64,000 bases of DNA from a virus, in IMG/VR virus record IMGVR_UViG_3300021371_000009, positions 1 through 64,000 of that record. One strand, 5' to 3'. Numbering within the stretch: position 1 is the stretch's first letter; each line of letters starts with the position of its first letter. The notes beneath the pieces were generated by a model. The model was not told the origin of the DNA. It saw nothing but the letters and a program-made list of their open reading frames with translations, and ran no database searches. Of this stretch, positions 38,212 to 49,551 are shown piece after piece. The position numbers and the translations under genes are program-made.

Positions 38212-38245
38212 TTTTACTTCCTATCTATATTCATATTTATAATAC

Positions 38246-40198
38246 TTATGACATTGCAATTGCAAAGAAACCTAAGTCTTCGCCAAGTGCAGGTGGCGCA
38301 ACTAGACTTCTTGCTAGTTTCTTCAATGCTCCTCCATCAGAAGCATCAGCGATAATCAAGTCATCAGCATTCTGAACCGATGTTGCTCTTGGTAGACCAT
38401 TAACAATGTTTGTAACTGAACCAGTTGTGTCTAGTGAAGATGCCGCTACTGAACCTGCCGCAAGAGTGGTTGCAACTGACATTGTAGTATCTTGTAAATC
38501 TGTCATAGTTGATGATACTGTGCCAGTCACATCACCAGTCAAAGTAACTGTGAGTGATGGATCGTTCAATGCAACGTCAAGGTAAAATCTGTTATTAGCA
38601 TCATCATGATTTAGTGTAATGGTATTACCAGCACCCGGAAATGAACCACCCGTATTAGATGTATTTTCGAATGAACCAATATAGTCATACAATGCTTCAA
38701 CACCAGTTGCAGTAAGATTATCAAAGTCACGATTTGTCTTTGCATCAATCAGACCAGTAATTGTTGTGTAGAAGTTTGCATCATCGTTGATTGCCGCGGC
38801 GAGTTCGTTCAGTGTATCAAGTGCGCCTGGTGAACTATCAATGAGTTCTGAAATTGCTGTACGCACATAGCGCATTGTTGCAACTCTAGAGTTGTTCTGC
38901 GTTTGTGGATATGTTGCATATGTAAAGTTCACATATGGCGGAACGTGCATACAAGGACCACCACCTTCAGACAGTGTGATTGAACCACCACTCTCTGATA
39001 CAAATTGAGTTCTAAAACCATGTACTGTCAATGTGTCACCATTTATTTCCATAATTCTTGTCAATTGATTGTTTGCGGCATTTGTACAACCTTCAATCTT
39101 ACATACATCACCAACTGAGAATCCACTCATATCACCAGAATTTGATGATGCAATAGTACATGCAGTTTGCTCTGAGAAGTATTCTGGATCAGACAGAGGT
39201 GTAATTGTCAAGTTCGAACTTGCACTAAGTCTAACTGCTTCAGGTAGTCTCTTGTGTGCGTAGATAACTGTAGACTTCTGTTCACCATATGCGTTGTTGA
39301 TGTCTGTGCCAATAAGCAACTGGTCATCAGCACCCATAAACATGTCGCCATCAGTAAGACGCACAGTACCTAGAACATCACTATCGGAATCTGTTAAGTT
39401 CAATCTTGCTTGAGCGGCACTATCAGCATTGTTTTCATCTTGAATTGTAAATGTTGCGGCGCCAGACCCTGCCGCTTGGTCAGAGAATGTAATTGTTCCA
39501 TCAATCTTAACATCACCAACAATATGTAGAATTTCAGTAGGAGACGTTGTACCAATACCTACTTTTGAAGTTGCTGTGTTTACAAATAGCAGATTATCAT
39601 TGGCATTACCTTTAACATGAAAATCTAGTCCTACTTGTCCATCATTGATAGTTACTTCGTCAGGAGTGAGCATCATAATAGACTTGAGTGTTCCTCCCGC
39701 CATAACATTAAAGTCAAACTCACCTTCTTCTGCACCATCAGTAGGGTCTTTAATATGACCATACATTTCTGCATAAGTTACAGTTTCATCTGCAGAGTTC
39801 TTACCTTCTAACTTGAATTTACCTAATATATCATCAACGGCAGGAGTATTACTATCTCTTGTAAGAGTTATTGTAGGACTTGCTGTTGCACCATCGTCAG
39901 TGTGAAATATATTAATTCCCTCACCAACTATGTCAAGAGCAACAGTTGGAGATGCAACATTAATACCAATTCTGTCGTTTGTTGTATCGATTACAAGCGT
40001 ATCTGTGTCAAAGTTATGACTACCAGATGTTGCACTGTTTGTGATAACACCAGTCTGTGTCTGAGTTGTGTCAGTAATTGTCAGGTTAGTAGTAGTCGAT
40101 GCAGTATCATCAATACCTGTCGATTGAAAAGTGGTGATTGTACCACCATCAATTCTATTACCTGATACTCTTGGTTGCGCTCCTACATACTTCGCCAT
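38246..40198 (-). CDS. tail fibre protein
   Basis: RIGINVASPT and KVGIGTTSPT repeats, PGALDTLNELAAAINDD fibre motif. Confidence 0.8.
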   Translation of the reverse strand: MAKYVGAQPRVSGNRIDGGTITTFQSTGIDDTASTTTNLTITDTTQTQTGVITNSATSGSHNFDTDTLVIDTTNDRIGINVASPTVALDIVGEGINIFHTDDGATASPTITLTRDSNTPAVDDILGKFKLEGKNSADETVTYAEMYGHIKDPTDGAEEGEFDFNVMAGGTLKSIMMLTPDEVTINDGQVGLDFHVKGNANDNLLFVNTATSKVGIGTTSPTEILHIVGDVKIDGTITFSDQAAGSGAATFTIQDENNADSAAQARLNLTDSDSDVLGTVRLTDGDMFMGADDQLLIGTDINNAYGEQKSTVIYAHKRLPEAVRLSASSNLTITPLSDPEYFSEQTACTIASSNSGDMSGFSVGDVCKIEGCTNAANNQLTRIMEINGDTLTVHGFRTQFVSESGGSITLSEGGGPCMHVPPYVNFTYATYPQTQNNSRVATMRYVRTAISELIDSSPGALDTLNELAAAINDDANFYTTITGLIDAKTNRDFDNLTATGVEALYDYIGSFENTSNTGGSFPGAGNTITLNHDDANNRFYLDVALNDPSLTVTLTGDVTGTVSSTMTDLQDTTMSVATTLAAGSVAASSLDTTGSVTNIVNGLPRATSVQNADDLIIADASDGGALKKLARSLVAPPALGEDLGFFAIAMS

Positions 40199-40200
40199 GA

Positions 40201-40536
40201 TTAGATATCCTCTAGAATACTTGCAATAGCATTCAATGATGCTGATGCACTACTTGTCACTGCTAATTTATCACTTTCATTCAGTACAATCTTTTGTCCA
40301 CTAATAAATGATAGTGTTGAGTTTGCTGGAATGTTTATGTTGTTTCCTATTACTACATATGATGACGCGGAATCATCGTATATTTCAACATCTACAGTAA
40401 TAGCAGAAACAGTAACATTTGCCAGTTCTAGACCAATAATCATACTACGCTTACCTATTGCGGAAGGTGTAGTATACATATCAGTTCTAGCAGTTCCTAC
40501 TCCACTAGCAATTCTATTTTCGAAATCATTTGCCAT
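40201..40536 (-). CDS. small virion connector protein
   Basis: MANDFEN...MYTTPS...IPANSTL...KIVLN...SILE. Confidence 0.7.
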   Translation of the reverse strand: MANDFENRIASGVGTARTDMYTTPSAIGKRSMIIGLELANVTVSAITVDVEIYDDSASSYVVIGNNINIPANSTLSFISGQKIVLNESDKLAVTSSASASLNAIASILEDI

Positions 40537-40559
40537 TTTTTTCCTCTATTTTCTACTAT

Positions 40560-40904
40560 TTATTCAACAAATCCATGAGCATCTAAATCACTATCTGAAC
40601 CAAATACTGCGATAGGATGCATATCGTATGCTTGTGGTTCTGCTTCTGAAATACGAAATCTACCAATTTCATTCGCTAATTCATTATGTGCTTCTACAAA
40701 ACTTTCATTTGCATTTGGTCTAAGTGACGCATCAATACTTGTTATATCACCCAAATCTGATTGTATAACATTAGCGGCATTTACTAAGTTACTACCTAAG
40801 TCTGCGTTGATTCCATCTGGATCACCAACTGCATTACCTAAAGTATTAGTATTATTAAACCAATCTTTAAAACTAATCAGTCTTGTAAAATCAATAAGTG
40901 CCAT
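40560..40904 (-). CDS. short fibre/coiled-coil protein
   Basis: F.DW...TN, GD...L...NLV.A.N repeats; similar to 40907-41188. Confidence 0.65.
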   Translation of the reverse strand: MALIDFTRLISFKDWFNNTNTLGNAVGDPDGINADLGSNLVNAANVIQSDLGDITSIDASLRPNANESFVEAHNELANEIGRFRISEAEPQAYDMHPIAVFGSDSDLDAHGFVE

Positions 40905-40906
40905 AG

Positions 40907-41188
40907 TTATGCAAACGCAATCAATACAGGTCTAGACAATGCATTAGCAGATGATAAGTTGTCTAAGTCTGTCTTCAACTCATTTAGTGAACCTACTAAA
41001 TTTGATTTCTGAGCAGTAGACAATGTAGTCAAATCTCCCTGTTCATTATCAAGTTCATTCACTGCGCCCACAACATCTGTAGCAGTTGTTGTCAATGATG
41101 CAGGATCACCTAAATTAGTAGAGATAATATTAGTCTTCTGTCTCCACTGTTCTAAACTGTCCGTTGTGTTTACTACTACTACTGCCAT
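40907..41188 (-). CDS. short fibre/coiled-coil protein
   Basis: DSLEQWRQKTN, GD...LTT...VVGAVNEL repeats. Confidence 0.65.
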   Translation of the reverse strand: MAVVVVNTTDSLEQWRQKTNIISTNLGDPASLTTTATDVVGAVNELDNEQGDLTTLSTAQKSNLVGSLNELKTDLDNLSSANALSRPVLIAFA

Positions 41189-41189
41189 A

Positions 41190-41414
41190 TTACTTCTCCA
41201 ATACTTGAATGAGCATACGTTTTATATCTCGCATTTCATCTTTAAGAGTATTTATCTCATCACACATATTCTGCACTTTCATCTTTTCAGACTTTTTAGC
41301 GAGTTGAACTGTCATGTATTTCTGATATTCAACAGAATTAGTGTTAATAACACCTTTGCTATTTTTCTCTCTAACTAGGTCAGGATGACCTTCTATTTGT
41401 ATAAAGTTTTTCAT
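41190..41414 (-). CDS. conserved small coiled-coil protein
   Basis: IEGHPDLVRE...INT...EINTLKDEMRDIK; follows the DUF4815 gene. Confidence 0.7.
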   Translation of the reverse strand: MKNFIQIEGHPDLVREKNSKGVINTNSVEYQKYMTVQLAKKSEKMKVQNMCDEINTLKDEMRDIKRMLIQVLEK

Positions 41415-41415
41415 A

Positions 41416-44400
41416 TTACAGTGCCAATGCTATAACTCTAAGGTTCTTAATTTTAGGTACAAACGATGTATTTGTTGACTTCATAACAATCTTAATTGCA
41501 ACAGCAGAAAACTCTGCTAATCCTTCTACTAGATGTGTTCTCTCTCGGAAAACTGTAGGATCACCATCTGCGCTATCTGATATTTCAGTATCAACTTTTG
41601 CCCAAGGAATAGTTTCAAACTTTTGTTCAGTACCATCAGTAATTCTCTTATAGTATACATCAACAGTACAAGAAGCAGGTCTATTCATTTCATACAATAT
41701 CTTAATTGCTGTAGAAGGATTTTGAAGAGTAAATCTTCTAGTCACATAGTTTGCTAGATTACTTGCTCCCGCTGGAGCAATATCATGTAAATACTTTTCA
41801 TGCTGTACAATAGTGACTGCATTAGATGCCGCTTCATCAGTAGCAGGTACTGGTGTTGTTGTGATAGTTGCAGTTGTACCATCATTCTTATAATTACTAA
41901 TCAAGTACTTTTGATTGTTGCCAGAGTTTGCGGCACCCGATATTGTAATATACTTACCAATATCTAAAGTATCAAACAAATCTCTTGTTGCACTATTTGT
42001 TGTAGTAATATTACCATTTGTATTTGAGAATGCAACATTAGTATCTGCACTTACTGCAGTTCTATCATCATGTGTGCTTAGATTAACATCTGTTTCAACT
42101 CTATTATCAATTCTGTTTTGAATACAGCATAGAGATATACGCTGGGAATCAATCATTGGTGATACAAAATCATTCAGTGTATTGAATGTTGCTCTAATTC
42201 TAGCAGAGTAACCAACAGTTCCACTTTCATTTTCTTTGGATTCAATAATCATAGGTTCATCATATATTTGATTTTGATTTTCTTGTACTGGTTTAAATCC
42301 AGTGAAAATGTTTCCTGCTTTTTTCTGAACATTCATATCATATGTCAAAGATGATTGTGCAAAACGAATGTTTGTCAGAGTAGGTTGAATAATATCAGCA
42401 ATAAAGTTTCTAGTTGCTTGAACATTACCTCCCCCCACAGTATCACTAGATAATCCAGCAATACCATTTACAACATTTCCTGCAGTAACTTCGATAACAT
42501 AAGTGTCATTTGTTACAGGTCCCACAACAGTATGTTGCTTATTAAACTCTGTATGAGGTATACCGTTTGTGGTAGAGTTTGCGCCATAGAATCCAGGAGC
42601 AACATTAGCAATTGTCACTTTATCTCCAACTGAGAGACCATGATTTCTTTGCGTTACGCGAACTTTATTAGTGTTCGGTGCTGTTTCAAATGGGTTGTTA
42701 TTCAGAACAGTAAATCCATTTCTTACGTTCTTAAAGTCCATTACTGCAACATTACCCGTAAACAATGCACGATACATTGTCATTTTGATATCTCTAGTCT
42801 GATGAGGTGTCCATGTATTACCATTCTGAGACAAGAACATAGTACCAGTCAATGGGTTTCTAGAAATTGTTCTGTTGTCTCCGAGATTACTCTCGCCAAT
42901 ATCAGAGAAGAATACTTTACATCCAGGTTGGTCAACTTTAATCAAGATTGCATATGTTACATCGCCCGCTAAGAAGATTGGACTATCAAACACAACAGTT
43001 GTTGGAACAGTTGCATCAGTAGATACTTTCACATCTGCAACGTCAATTACTTTTTGTTGAATAATTTTTTCTGATGGGAACCCGTCTTTTGTGTTAACCA
43101 TCTGAATAATGATAGGTCTTGTACCTGCTTCATTGAAATACAAGTCAACTTTAGTAATCATAACACCATCTTTTGCTTCGTTAATCACAAAAGTTTGTGC
43201 TAGTGGATCGTGCTGACCGCAACCGCCGCCTGCACCAGAACCACCGCCGTCACCGCCGTCACCACCATCTGCAGATGGAGGCGGTTGAACTCTAGAAGTT
43301 CTTTGAAAGCGAGTTGAACCAGTAATGTTTCTTGAAATTTCGCGCTCTTCTTGTAATCGGTCACGAACAAATTCTGCTTGTCTAAGAGACAAGATAGTTT
43401 CTTCTCTTGTTTCGTTTATACCTGTTGCATGAAATATCTTTTCTGCTTTTGTAGTGTGAATACCAATTTCAATATTATTTGTATTATTATCAATAAATCT
43501 TAATGTTCTGTCACCAGTTCTAAATTTCACGGTATCAGTATTTGGAACTACAAATACACCAGTATAAGTACCTTCATTATCAGTGATATTATCATCACCA
43601 AACTGTTTTAAGTTTTTGTATATGTCTGTAGATGTACCATCTGATACACTATTAATTGCTGTGATTTCACACAAATTCTTTGCGCCTAAAGCATTGTCGA
43701 TTGTACCTGTAAGGTCATCTCCGATTGCAAAACCATTCTTGATATTTGAAACATGAAATGTATGAGGAAGTGTATCTGCTGTTTCTGTGTTTAGATGTCC
43801 AGCATAACTAACAACACCAGATGCTTGAAGTCTCGTTACAGTTCCTCCAGAAGTGTATGCAGTTACAGTGCCGATTGGTGTACCGGTTGCATCAAAATTT
43901 ACAATAGTAAATGTACTTGTGCCTGTATCTACACTTTCAACTCTATATTTGCCTTCATTTAGTTCTGTTGAACCTACAATATTTGCAAATTCAACTACAT
44001 GACCAACTGAAATACCTGATACACTAGATGCTGTAATAGTTACAGTATTACCAACTTTCGCTACATTTGATATTGAAGTTGCTGTGTGAACAGAGTTTCT
44101 TACAACATCTCCAAGAGCAAATGCAAGTGCAGGATATGCGATATCGGAATCTGGGTCTGCGAAAGTACCAAAGTAACGAGCATTGTCTGTGTCGAATTCA
44201 ACTCCAGGGTCTTGTAGTGGATCAAACTGAAAGTCTGTTCTGTTTGGAGCAGTCACAGTAAATTTATCGTCAGGTTTAACATATGCGTTCACACTAACAT
44301 TATCAAAGAATGCATTTACTTTAGTTCTAGGTTTCATGTTATCAATCTGAACATGAATTGGTATTTCACGCATATACGGAATCATAGACATATCTACAAT

Positions 44401-47400
44401 TCTATCACCCATTGGTTTATCAACTGTTGAATTTAAAAGTTTAGTTTCTACACCTTCACGGACTTGTCCTACTTGTTGAGTACCTACTTGCTGTAGAATG
44501 TTACCATTCCATCCTCCTGATACCCCACTACCAATATTTCGTTCGCCAGTGAAGATTTGTTCACCAAACCAGTTGTCTTGCCATGATTCCCAAACTGTAC
44601 CTTCAACGCCAATCTCATCTGCTAAGAATTGAATTGCATCAAAGTTGTTGTCATCAACAACCACAAGGTCAGGTCTGCGAGTTGTATCTTTCCAATCATC
44701 AGAAGCAGGTGTAAGTATCATCTCTCCAGTATATGGAGAAACTTTATACGCATTGACTTCCATGCTGTCTGAAGCATATGGGTTTTCAATAAATGGTATT
44801 TCACTATAATCTAAAGTAATAACACCATCTTTATGTTTTCTATAGTTTGCGGCAGTTCTTTGTGCATCTGTAGAGTTCTCTTCGACCATCTTCACAATTT
44901 CAGTATGTGCCATTGGTCGCGCTTGCTTTCTTTTCATATCAATAGCAACACGATAATCAGGAGAACCTACATTACCGATTCCGTGACCTTTGAAATTATC
45001 TACAATGAAACCATTCTTCAGTCTTGGATTACCGTCAGCATCTAATATTAGCAAATCGGTTGTTGCTTTCTCAAGCAAGTTGAGTGAACTGACTTCTTCA
45101 AGATTAGAAATTCTAGTTTCAAGTCTGCCAATATCTTTCATAGTGTAGCGTTTATTTTTAATCTTTCTCGCAACAACTTCTGAAATATTGATAACATAAG
45201 GTTTGTACGTCACTTCAAAAAGTGTCATCGCCTTACCAAGGTCAAGAGGTGGTCTAGGAGTAATATCAGGAACTCCAGGTATTCTAATAAACTTACCATC
45301 AAAGTTCATTGCAATCTTATCGATACGTCCTAAGAAGTATGAAAAGTCTGCATTGAAGTTTGTACCAATCATAGGAATTTCAGTGACAGAACCACCACTA
45401 CCTGTGAATGATCCTCCACTATCTTGAATTCTTGGTCTAAAGTCTAAACAGTCACGCAAGTCATATGTATTACCATCTCCATCAGGTGATGAATATATCG
45501 GAATATCTTCGTAATCTACAACACCGTCATAACTGTCTACTGAGAAGTAGTCTCCACCAGAGTGAGTAAAGTAATCAAATGTTACTAGTAGACGCCCTGT
45601 AGGCGCAGGACGACCCGGTTTAAGTATAATTCGTGCTAAGTCATAAAACGCATCTCTTTGACCGTTATCAAATGTAAATCTATCAGTGATATCTTGGTCA
45701 GATGAAGTAGCATTAGTGCTAAAGTCCGCCGCCATTTTGACAGACTTGAGAGCATACCCATCTGCTTTACCAAGAGTAATCTCTGTATTTTGCGCGGCAC
45801 CTTGAGTTGTAATCTGAACTGTGGAATTTGGTTGTAGTGCTTTAGTTTTTTCAGCGCCAGCGGCACCTGAAATTTCAACAGAAGCAATAATTTCAACTGA
45901 GTTACCGTTTGTTGGATTTGCACCAGATGGTAGAGTTTTTGATAATAGATTACTAATTGTTAATGTTCTACCACCATTACTAAGTGCTAAGTCTCCAGAT
46001 GCGATAGGTAAGATTGCACCAACATCTTGTGATGCTAGTGTAGTACCAGTTCCAGTAGCAGTAACAATTGCAATAAAGTTTTGTAAGTTTGATACAGATG
46101 CAAAGGATTCATTATCCGGTACAGTAAACTGTGCGGCACCTGCGGCAATGTTATATGCAACATCAAAGTGTCTTCGTACAGTGTAAGTAGATGATAATAC
46201 GTTGTCTGGATTCTGTGCATCCGAACCACGAATTTTTCTCATTCTAAAGTATCCAGTTGGAAACACTAGAATTTTTTGGTCTGGTCTTAAAAGTTCTGCA
46301 GAAAAACGCTTGAGAATACCACCACTAACAACATTACCTGCGGCGGTTGTTGTGTTAGCAGTTAGTTCTAATGCTAAGTTATTAGTAACAGTATCTACTT
46401 CTCCAATTCTAACATCACCTGTTGTGGTTGTCAAGAATAATACATCACCAGCGCGAACTTGAGAGTTGAATGCAGTACCAACACCAGTTACAGTAGCATC
46501 TGCATCTGCAGTTGAAGCAGTACCAGATAGTGTTACTAGTTTAGGTTCAATCTGGCATGAGAATGTTGCACTCGCCGGTGTTGAACTATCACCGAATGCT
46601 CTAGCATCTCTAGCAAAATCTTTACCATCATTCATTTGAATGTCAAAAATACTGAGTTTATATGTTACTTCATCAATGGCGCCAGTGAAGTCTCCATCAT
46701 GTAACTGAATACCTCTTAGGTTTGCGTTACCAATTACTGCAGGTGAACCATCTATAAAATCATCATAGATGAATACTTCCGCGAAATCATTAATATCAGC
46801 GGCACCAGTTAGTGTGTTTACTAGAACAAAGTTACCAACATCAGTCTGAATTGGTGTATCTACAACAGAGTTGAATGTTCTTGGTTTAGGAACATTAACA
46901 AACTTTGTAATTTTACTTTCGACTTCGTAACCTTGAACATATGCTTTACCAGGTTCAATACCAAGAGCAAGTTTTGCTCTATCACCTGGTGTGTCTGCGT
47001 TTGCATCCCACACACCTCTGTTGGTGCCGTCATTAAAGTGTTCACGAATATCAAGTCTAAAAGGTTTAACTTCATAGTCACCACTTTCATCATATGTTCT
47101 TCTTGCAAATTCTTCTTGTAAGAAGTTATAGTTTGCTTTTTCAACAAGTTTAGAAATCTGTCCTTGCTCACATCTTGCGAGTTCAATAAAGTTTACATCA
47201 TCTGTCGCTGTAAGTGATTTTTTTGTTAGTGTAAGATTAATTTTGTATCTATGTGCGCCAGGAGCGGCAAAGTTAGATGCTCCTTGTGCATTATCTTTAA
47301 GTGTAGCATCTTCTTCAGGTGTTACTGTAGTTTGTGATACTTGAAATCCTACACGAAAAGATGGATAGTTATGATATGGTTCAAGCAGAATTCTTTGCGC

Positions 47401-48105
47401 TTCGTTTGCAACAAAGAATCCATTGATGAAATAAACACCTGCTTGAATTTGAATTGCAGAACCTCTACCAACAGTATCACTATTACCCGCGGCAGTCATT
47501 ACCGCAGGGTCAAAGAAGTCGATATCAGGTGTGCCTTCAGGTTGTGTAGACATAACAGTACCAGTTGTTAATAGTGATGCTGTTAGTTCTGTAGTTTGGT
47601 CAGCAGTCATATCTGGATTTTTTGCAACAGTATTATCTGCATTCAAAGATGTAACATTTTCACCAATAGCGTATCTTTTGGTTGCACCATCAGTACCACT
47701 ATCTTCATATTTAATATACAGGGTTAAAGGTGTAGTAGAGGTGGCCGCTAAAGTTCCAATAACTTTCGCTTTAACGCCTGTCTCTGAACCCGTAATAATC
47801 TTGTTTAAAAAATCTGTTCTATAACTTTCTACGTTCTGAGCATTAAATGTTGATTGTATCTTAATGAAATCATATTCAAAGTCGAAAGCGATGTCGCCAG
47901 GAATAACCATCGAACCTTCTTTAAAGACATGTCGTCCATGTCTCTCAATCTGATTTTGTAAAATCGATTGTAGTTGGGTTAACTCTCTCGCCTGAACTGG
48001 AAATCCAGGACGAAAGAGTACACGATGAAAATTCTTCGCTTTAGCACCACCCGCGCCTTCAAAATCATCATAATAAGGGTCTACATTAAAATCTATAACT
48101 GCCAT
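41416..48105 (-). CDS. very large virion structural protein (DUF4815 / VrlC-like)
   Basis: NVDPYYDDF, VLFRPGFPVQARELTQLQSILQNQ, APGAHR, NGFIVDNF, DPLAQTF, LRVIAL. Confidence 0.9.
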   Translation of the reverse strand: MAVIDFNVDPYYDDFEGAGGAKAKNFHRVLFRPGFPVQARELTQLQSILQNQIERHGRHVFKEGSMVIPGDIAFDFEYDFIKIQSTFNAQNVESYRTDFLNKIITGSETGVKAKVIGTLAATSTTPLTLYIKYEDSGTDGATKRYAIGENVTSLNADNTVAKNPDMTADQTTELTASLLTTGTVMSTQPEGTPDIDFFDPAVMTAAGNSDTVGRGSAIQIQAGVYFINGFFVANEAQRILLEPYHNYPSFRVGFQVSQTTVTPEEDATLKDNAQGASNFAAPGAHRYKINLTLTKKSLTATDDVNFIELARCEQGQISKLVEKANYNFLQEEFARRTYDESGDYEVKPFRLDIREHFNDGTNRGVWDANADTPGDRAKLALGIEPGKAYVQGYEVESKITKFVNVPKPRTFNSVVDTPIQTDVGNFVLVNTLTGAADINDFAEVFIYDDFIDGSPAVIGNANLRGIQLHDGDFTGAIDEVTYKLSIFDIQMNDGKDFARDARAFGDSSTPASATFSCQIEPKLVTLSGTASTADADATVTGVGTAFNSQVRAGDVLFLTTTTGDVRIGEVDTVTNNLALELTANTTTAAGNVVSGGILKRFSAELLRPDQKILVFPTGYFRMRKIRGSDAQNPDNVLSSTYTVRRHFDVAYNIAAGAAQFTVPDNESFASVSNLQNFIAIVTATGTGTTLASQDVGAILPIASGDLALSNGGRTLTISNLLSKTLPSGANPTNGNSVEIIASVEISGAAGAEKTKALQPNSTVQITTQGAAQNTEITLGKADGYALKSVKMAADFSTNATSSDQDITDRFTFDNGQRDAFYDLARIILKPGRPAPTGRLLVTFDYFTHSGGDYFSVDSYDGVVDYEDIPIYSSPDGDGNTYDLRDCLDFRPRIQDSGGSFTGSGGSVTEIPMIGTNFNADFSYFLGRIDKIAMNFDGKFIRIPGVPDITPRPPLDLGKAMTLFEVTYKPYVINISEVVARKIKNKRYTMKDIGRLETRISNLEEVSSLNLLEKATTDLLILDADGNPRLKNGFIVDNFKGHGIGNVGSPDYRVAIDMKRKQARPMAHTEIVKMVEENSTDAQRTAANYRKHKDGVITLDYSEIPFIENPYASDSMEVNAYKVSPYTGEMILTPASDDWKDTTRRPDLVVVDDNNFDAIQFLADEIGVEGTVWESWQDNWFGEQIFTGERNIGSGVSGGWNGNILQQVGTQQVGQVREGVETKLLNSTVDKPMGDRIVDMSMIPYMREIPIHVQIDNMKPRTKVNAFFDNVSVNAYVKPDDKFTVTAPNRTDFQFDPLQDPGVEFDTDNARYFGTFADPDSDIAYPALAFALGDVVRNSVHTATSISNVAKVGNTVTITASSVSGISVGHVVEFANIVGSTELNEGKYRVESVDTGTSTFTIVNFDATGTPIGTVTAYTSGGTVTRLQASGVVSYAGHLNTETADTLPHTFHVSNIKNGFAIGDDLTGTIDNALGAKNLCEITAINSVSDGTSTDIYKNLKQFGDDNITDNEGTYTGVFVVPNTDTVKFRTGDRTLRFIDNNTNNIEIGIHTTKAEKIFHATGINETREETILSLRQAEFVRDRLQEEREISRNITGSTRFQRTSRVQPPPSADGGDGGDGGGSGAGGGCGQHDPLAQTFVINEAKDGVMITKVDLYFNEAGTRPIIIQMVNTKDGFPSEKIIQQKVIDVADVKVSTDATVPTTVVFDSPIFLAGDVTYAILIKVDQPGCKVFFSDIGESNLGDNRTISRNPLTGTMFLSQNGNTWTPHQTRDIKMTMYRALFTGNVAVMDFKNVRNGFTVLNNNPFETAPNTNKVRVTQRNHGLSVGDKVTIANVAPGFYGANSTTNGIPHTEFNKQHTVVGPVTNDTYVIEVTAGNVVNGIAGLSSDTVGGGNVQATRNFIADIIQPTLTNIRFAQSSLTYDMNVQKKAGNIFTGFKPVQENQNQIYDEPMIIESKENESGTVGYSARIRATFNTLNDFVSPMIDSQRISLCCIQNRIDNRVETDVNLSTHDDRTAVSADTNVAFSNTNGNITTTNSATRDLFDTLDIGKYITISGAANSGNNQKYLISNYKNDGTTATITTTPVPATDEAASNAVTIVQHEKYLHDIAPAGASNLANYVTRRFTLQNPSTAIKILYEMNRPASCTVDVYYKRITDGTEQKFETIPWAKVDTEISDSADGDPTVFRERTHLVEGLAEFSAVAIKIVMKSTNTSFVPKIKNLRVIALAL

Positions 48106-48141
48106 TTATTGCTCCGGTATCTTTCTATTCTACTATTTAGA

Positions 48142-49500
48142 CTAGAATTCAATGACTAGTTTGATATCTTCAATCTGGTCAGATGCACGATTAATCGGGC
48201 GTCTATGTTCTAGATACATGATATCACCACTGTCAGGTTCTACTTCAGGATTGTTTAGTGCATTGATAGTACCTGCGGCAGAAGAAGTTCCACCTGTTAC
48301 TGTCTCAGCACCAGTGAATGAAGTAAATCCAGTATTCACATCTTGATAGTAGCGTAGAATTCTGTTACTAGAATCCCAATCAATTACTCTCGCAGATGCA
48401 GATGAAGAACCACCTGTGATTGTTTCATCAACTACAAATGTTCCAGTAAGACCCGCACTCTCAAAAGTGATAGACTTAGTTGCTGTTCTTGTAGTATCTG
48501 TAGCAACAGTAGTAGTACCATAGTTAAATGGATCACGAACAAGACCAATTCTACGATAGTCATTAGAAACTGGGAAGTCACCAGAACCATCATTGTACTC
48601 AAGTCTTACATTGTTCATTACATAGAATCCACCAAGTTCATGAATAGCATTCGATGAATGTCCACCTTCTGGTGAAATGATTGCTTTCAATGCTCCAGCA
48701 GAACCTCCACCACCGGACACAGTGATAGTTGCTTGAGTATAACCAGAACCTGCGTTGGTAATATTTACTGCATTAATAGAACCAGCAGAAACGGTTACTG
48801 TTGCAGTTGCGCCTGTACCATCACCAGTAATAGTGACTGTAGGTGCTGACGTATAACCAGAACCTGCGGCAGTGATATTAATTTTCTTAATTTCACCATC
48901 TGTTGCCGCTTGCTGTGTATCATACTGTTCTTTGTATGGTTGTCCGGCGCCTGGATCAGAAGCAATGAATTTCACTGGCATGAAGTCCGTTGACAAGAAC
49001 TTCAGAGCATCAGCGGCAGAAATTGTGTACATGTATTTCCATACATAACTATCTGCAGTTGTGATATAACCAGTGTCAGTACCAGTTGGTTTTGTAGTTG
49101 ATGCGCCACCATTGTTATTATTAATAACTTTGTAGACGTTGTAATCATCTGTCAGAACATAGTATGTTGCGGCAGAAAGTGATGTTGCACCACTGGCGGC
49201 AGCATTTGTTGATGAATAGTCATGCGCGTACTCATCGTATACTGTACCAGAAGTCCAGTCTCTTCTTACTACTGCGTGAACAACGTCTGATGCAGTCACA
49301 CGCTTCATGGCGACCATATCGTCATAAGCATTAAATGCTGTATCGTTGTTATCAACAGGAGTAGGAGGAGATGTATCATCGGACCACGCTTGTGGACGAC
49401 CGATGAACAAATAAATGTTTGTTCCTGATGCTTCACTGAATGCTTCGATATATTGCTCTGCATTGTGAATACGGAACTTATTAGTAATGATTGCGGCCAT
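48142..49500 (-). CDS. gp8: baseplate wedge subunit
   Basis: YLFIGRPQAW, YNVYK, YVWKYMYTI, QIEDIKLVIEF. Confidence 0.92.
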   Translation of the reverse strand: MAAIITNKFRIHNAEQYIEAFSEASGTNIYLFIGRPQAWSDDTSPPTPVDNNDTAFNAYDDMVAMKRVTASDVVHAVVRRDWTSGTVYDEYAHDYSSTNAAASGATSLSAATYYVLTDDYNVYKVINNNNGGASTTKPTGTDTGYITTADSYVWKYMYTISAADALKFLSTDFMPVKFIASDPGAGQPYKEQYDTQQAATDGEIKKINITAAGSGYTSAPTVTITGDGTGATATVTVSAGSINAVNITNAGSGYTQATITVSGGGGSAGALKAIISPEGGHSSNAIHELGGFYVMNNVRLEYNDGSGDFPVSNDYRRIGLVRDPFNYGTTTVATDTTRTATKSITFESAGLTGTFVVDETITGGSSSASARVIDWDSSNRILRYYQDVNTGFTSFTGAETVTGGTSSAAGTINALNNPEVEPDSGDIMYLEHRRPINRASDQIEDIKLVIEF

Positions 49501-49551
49501 TTTTTCCTCTCTTTAAACTAATTAAGTGTGTTACATTATTTATAAGACTTT

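Noticed and set aside
43215-43285. GC-rich CACCGCCGT tandem repeat
   Set aside because: Encodes a Gly/Asp linker (GGDGGDGGGSG) within the DUF4815 protein; not a CRISPR array or regulatory repeat.
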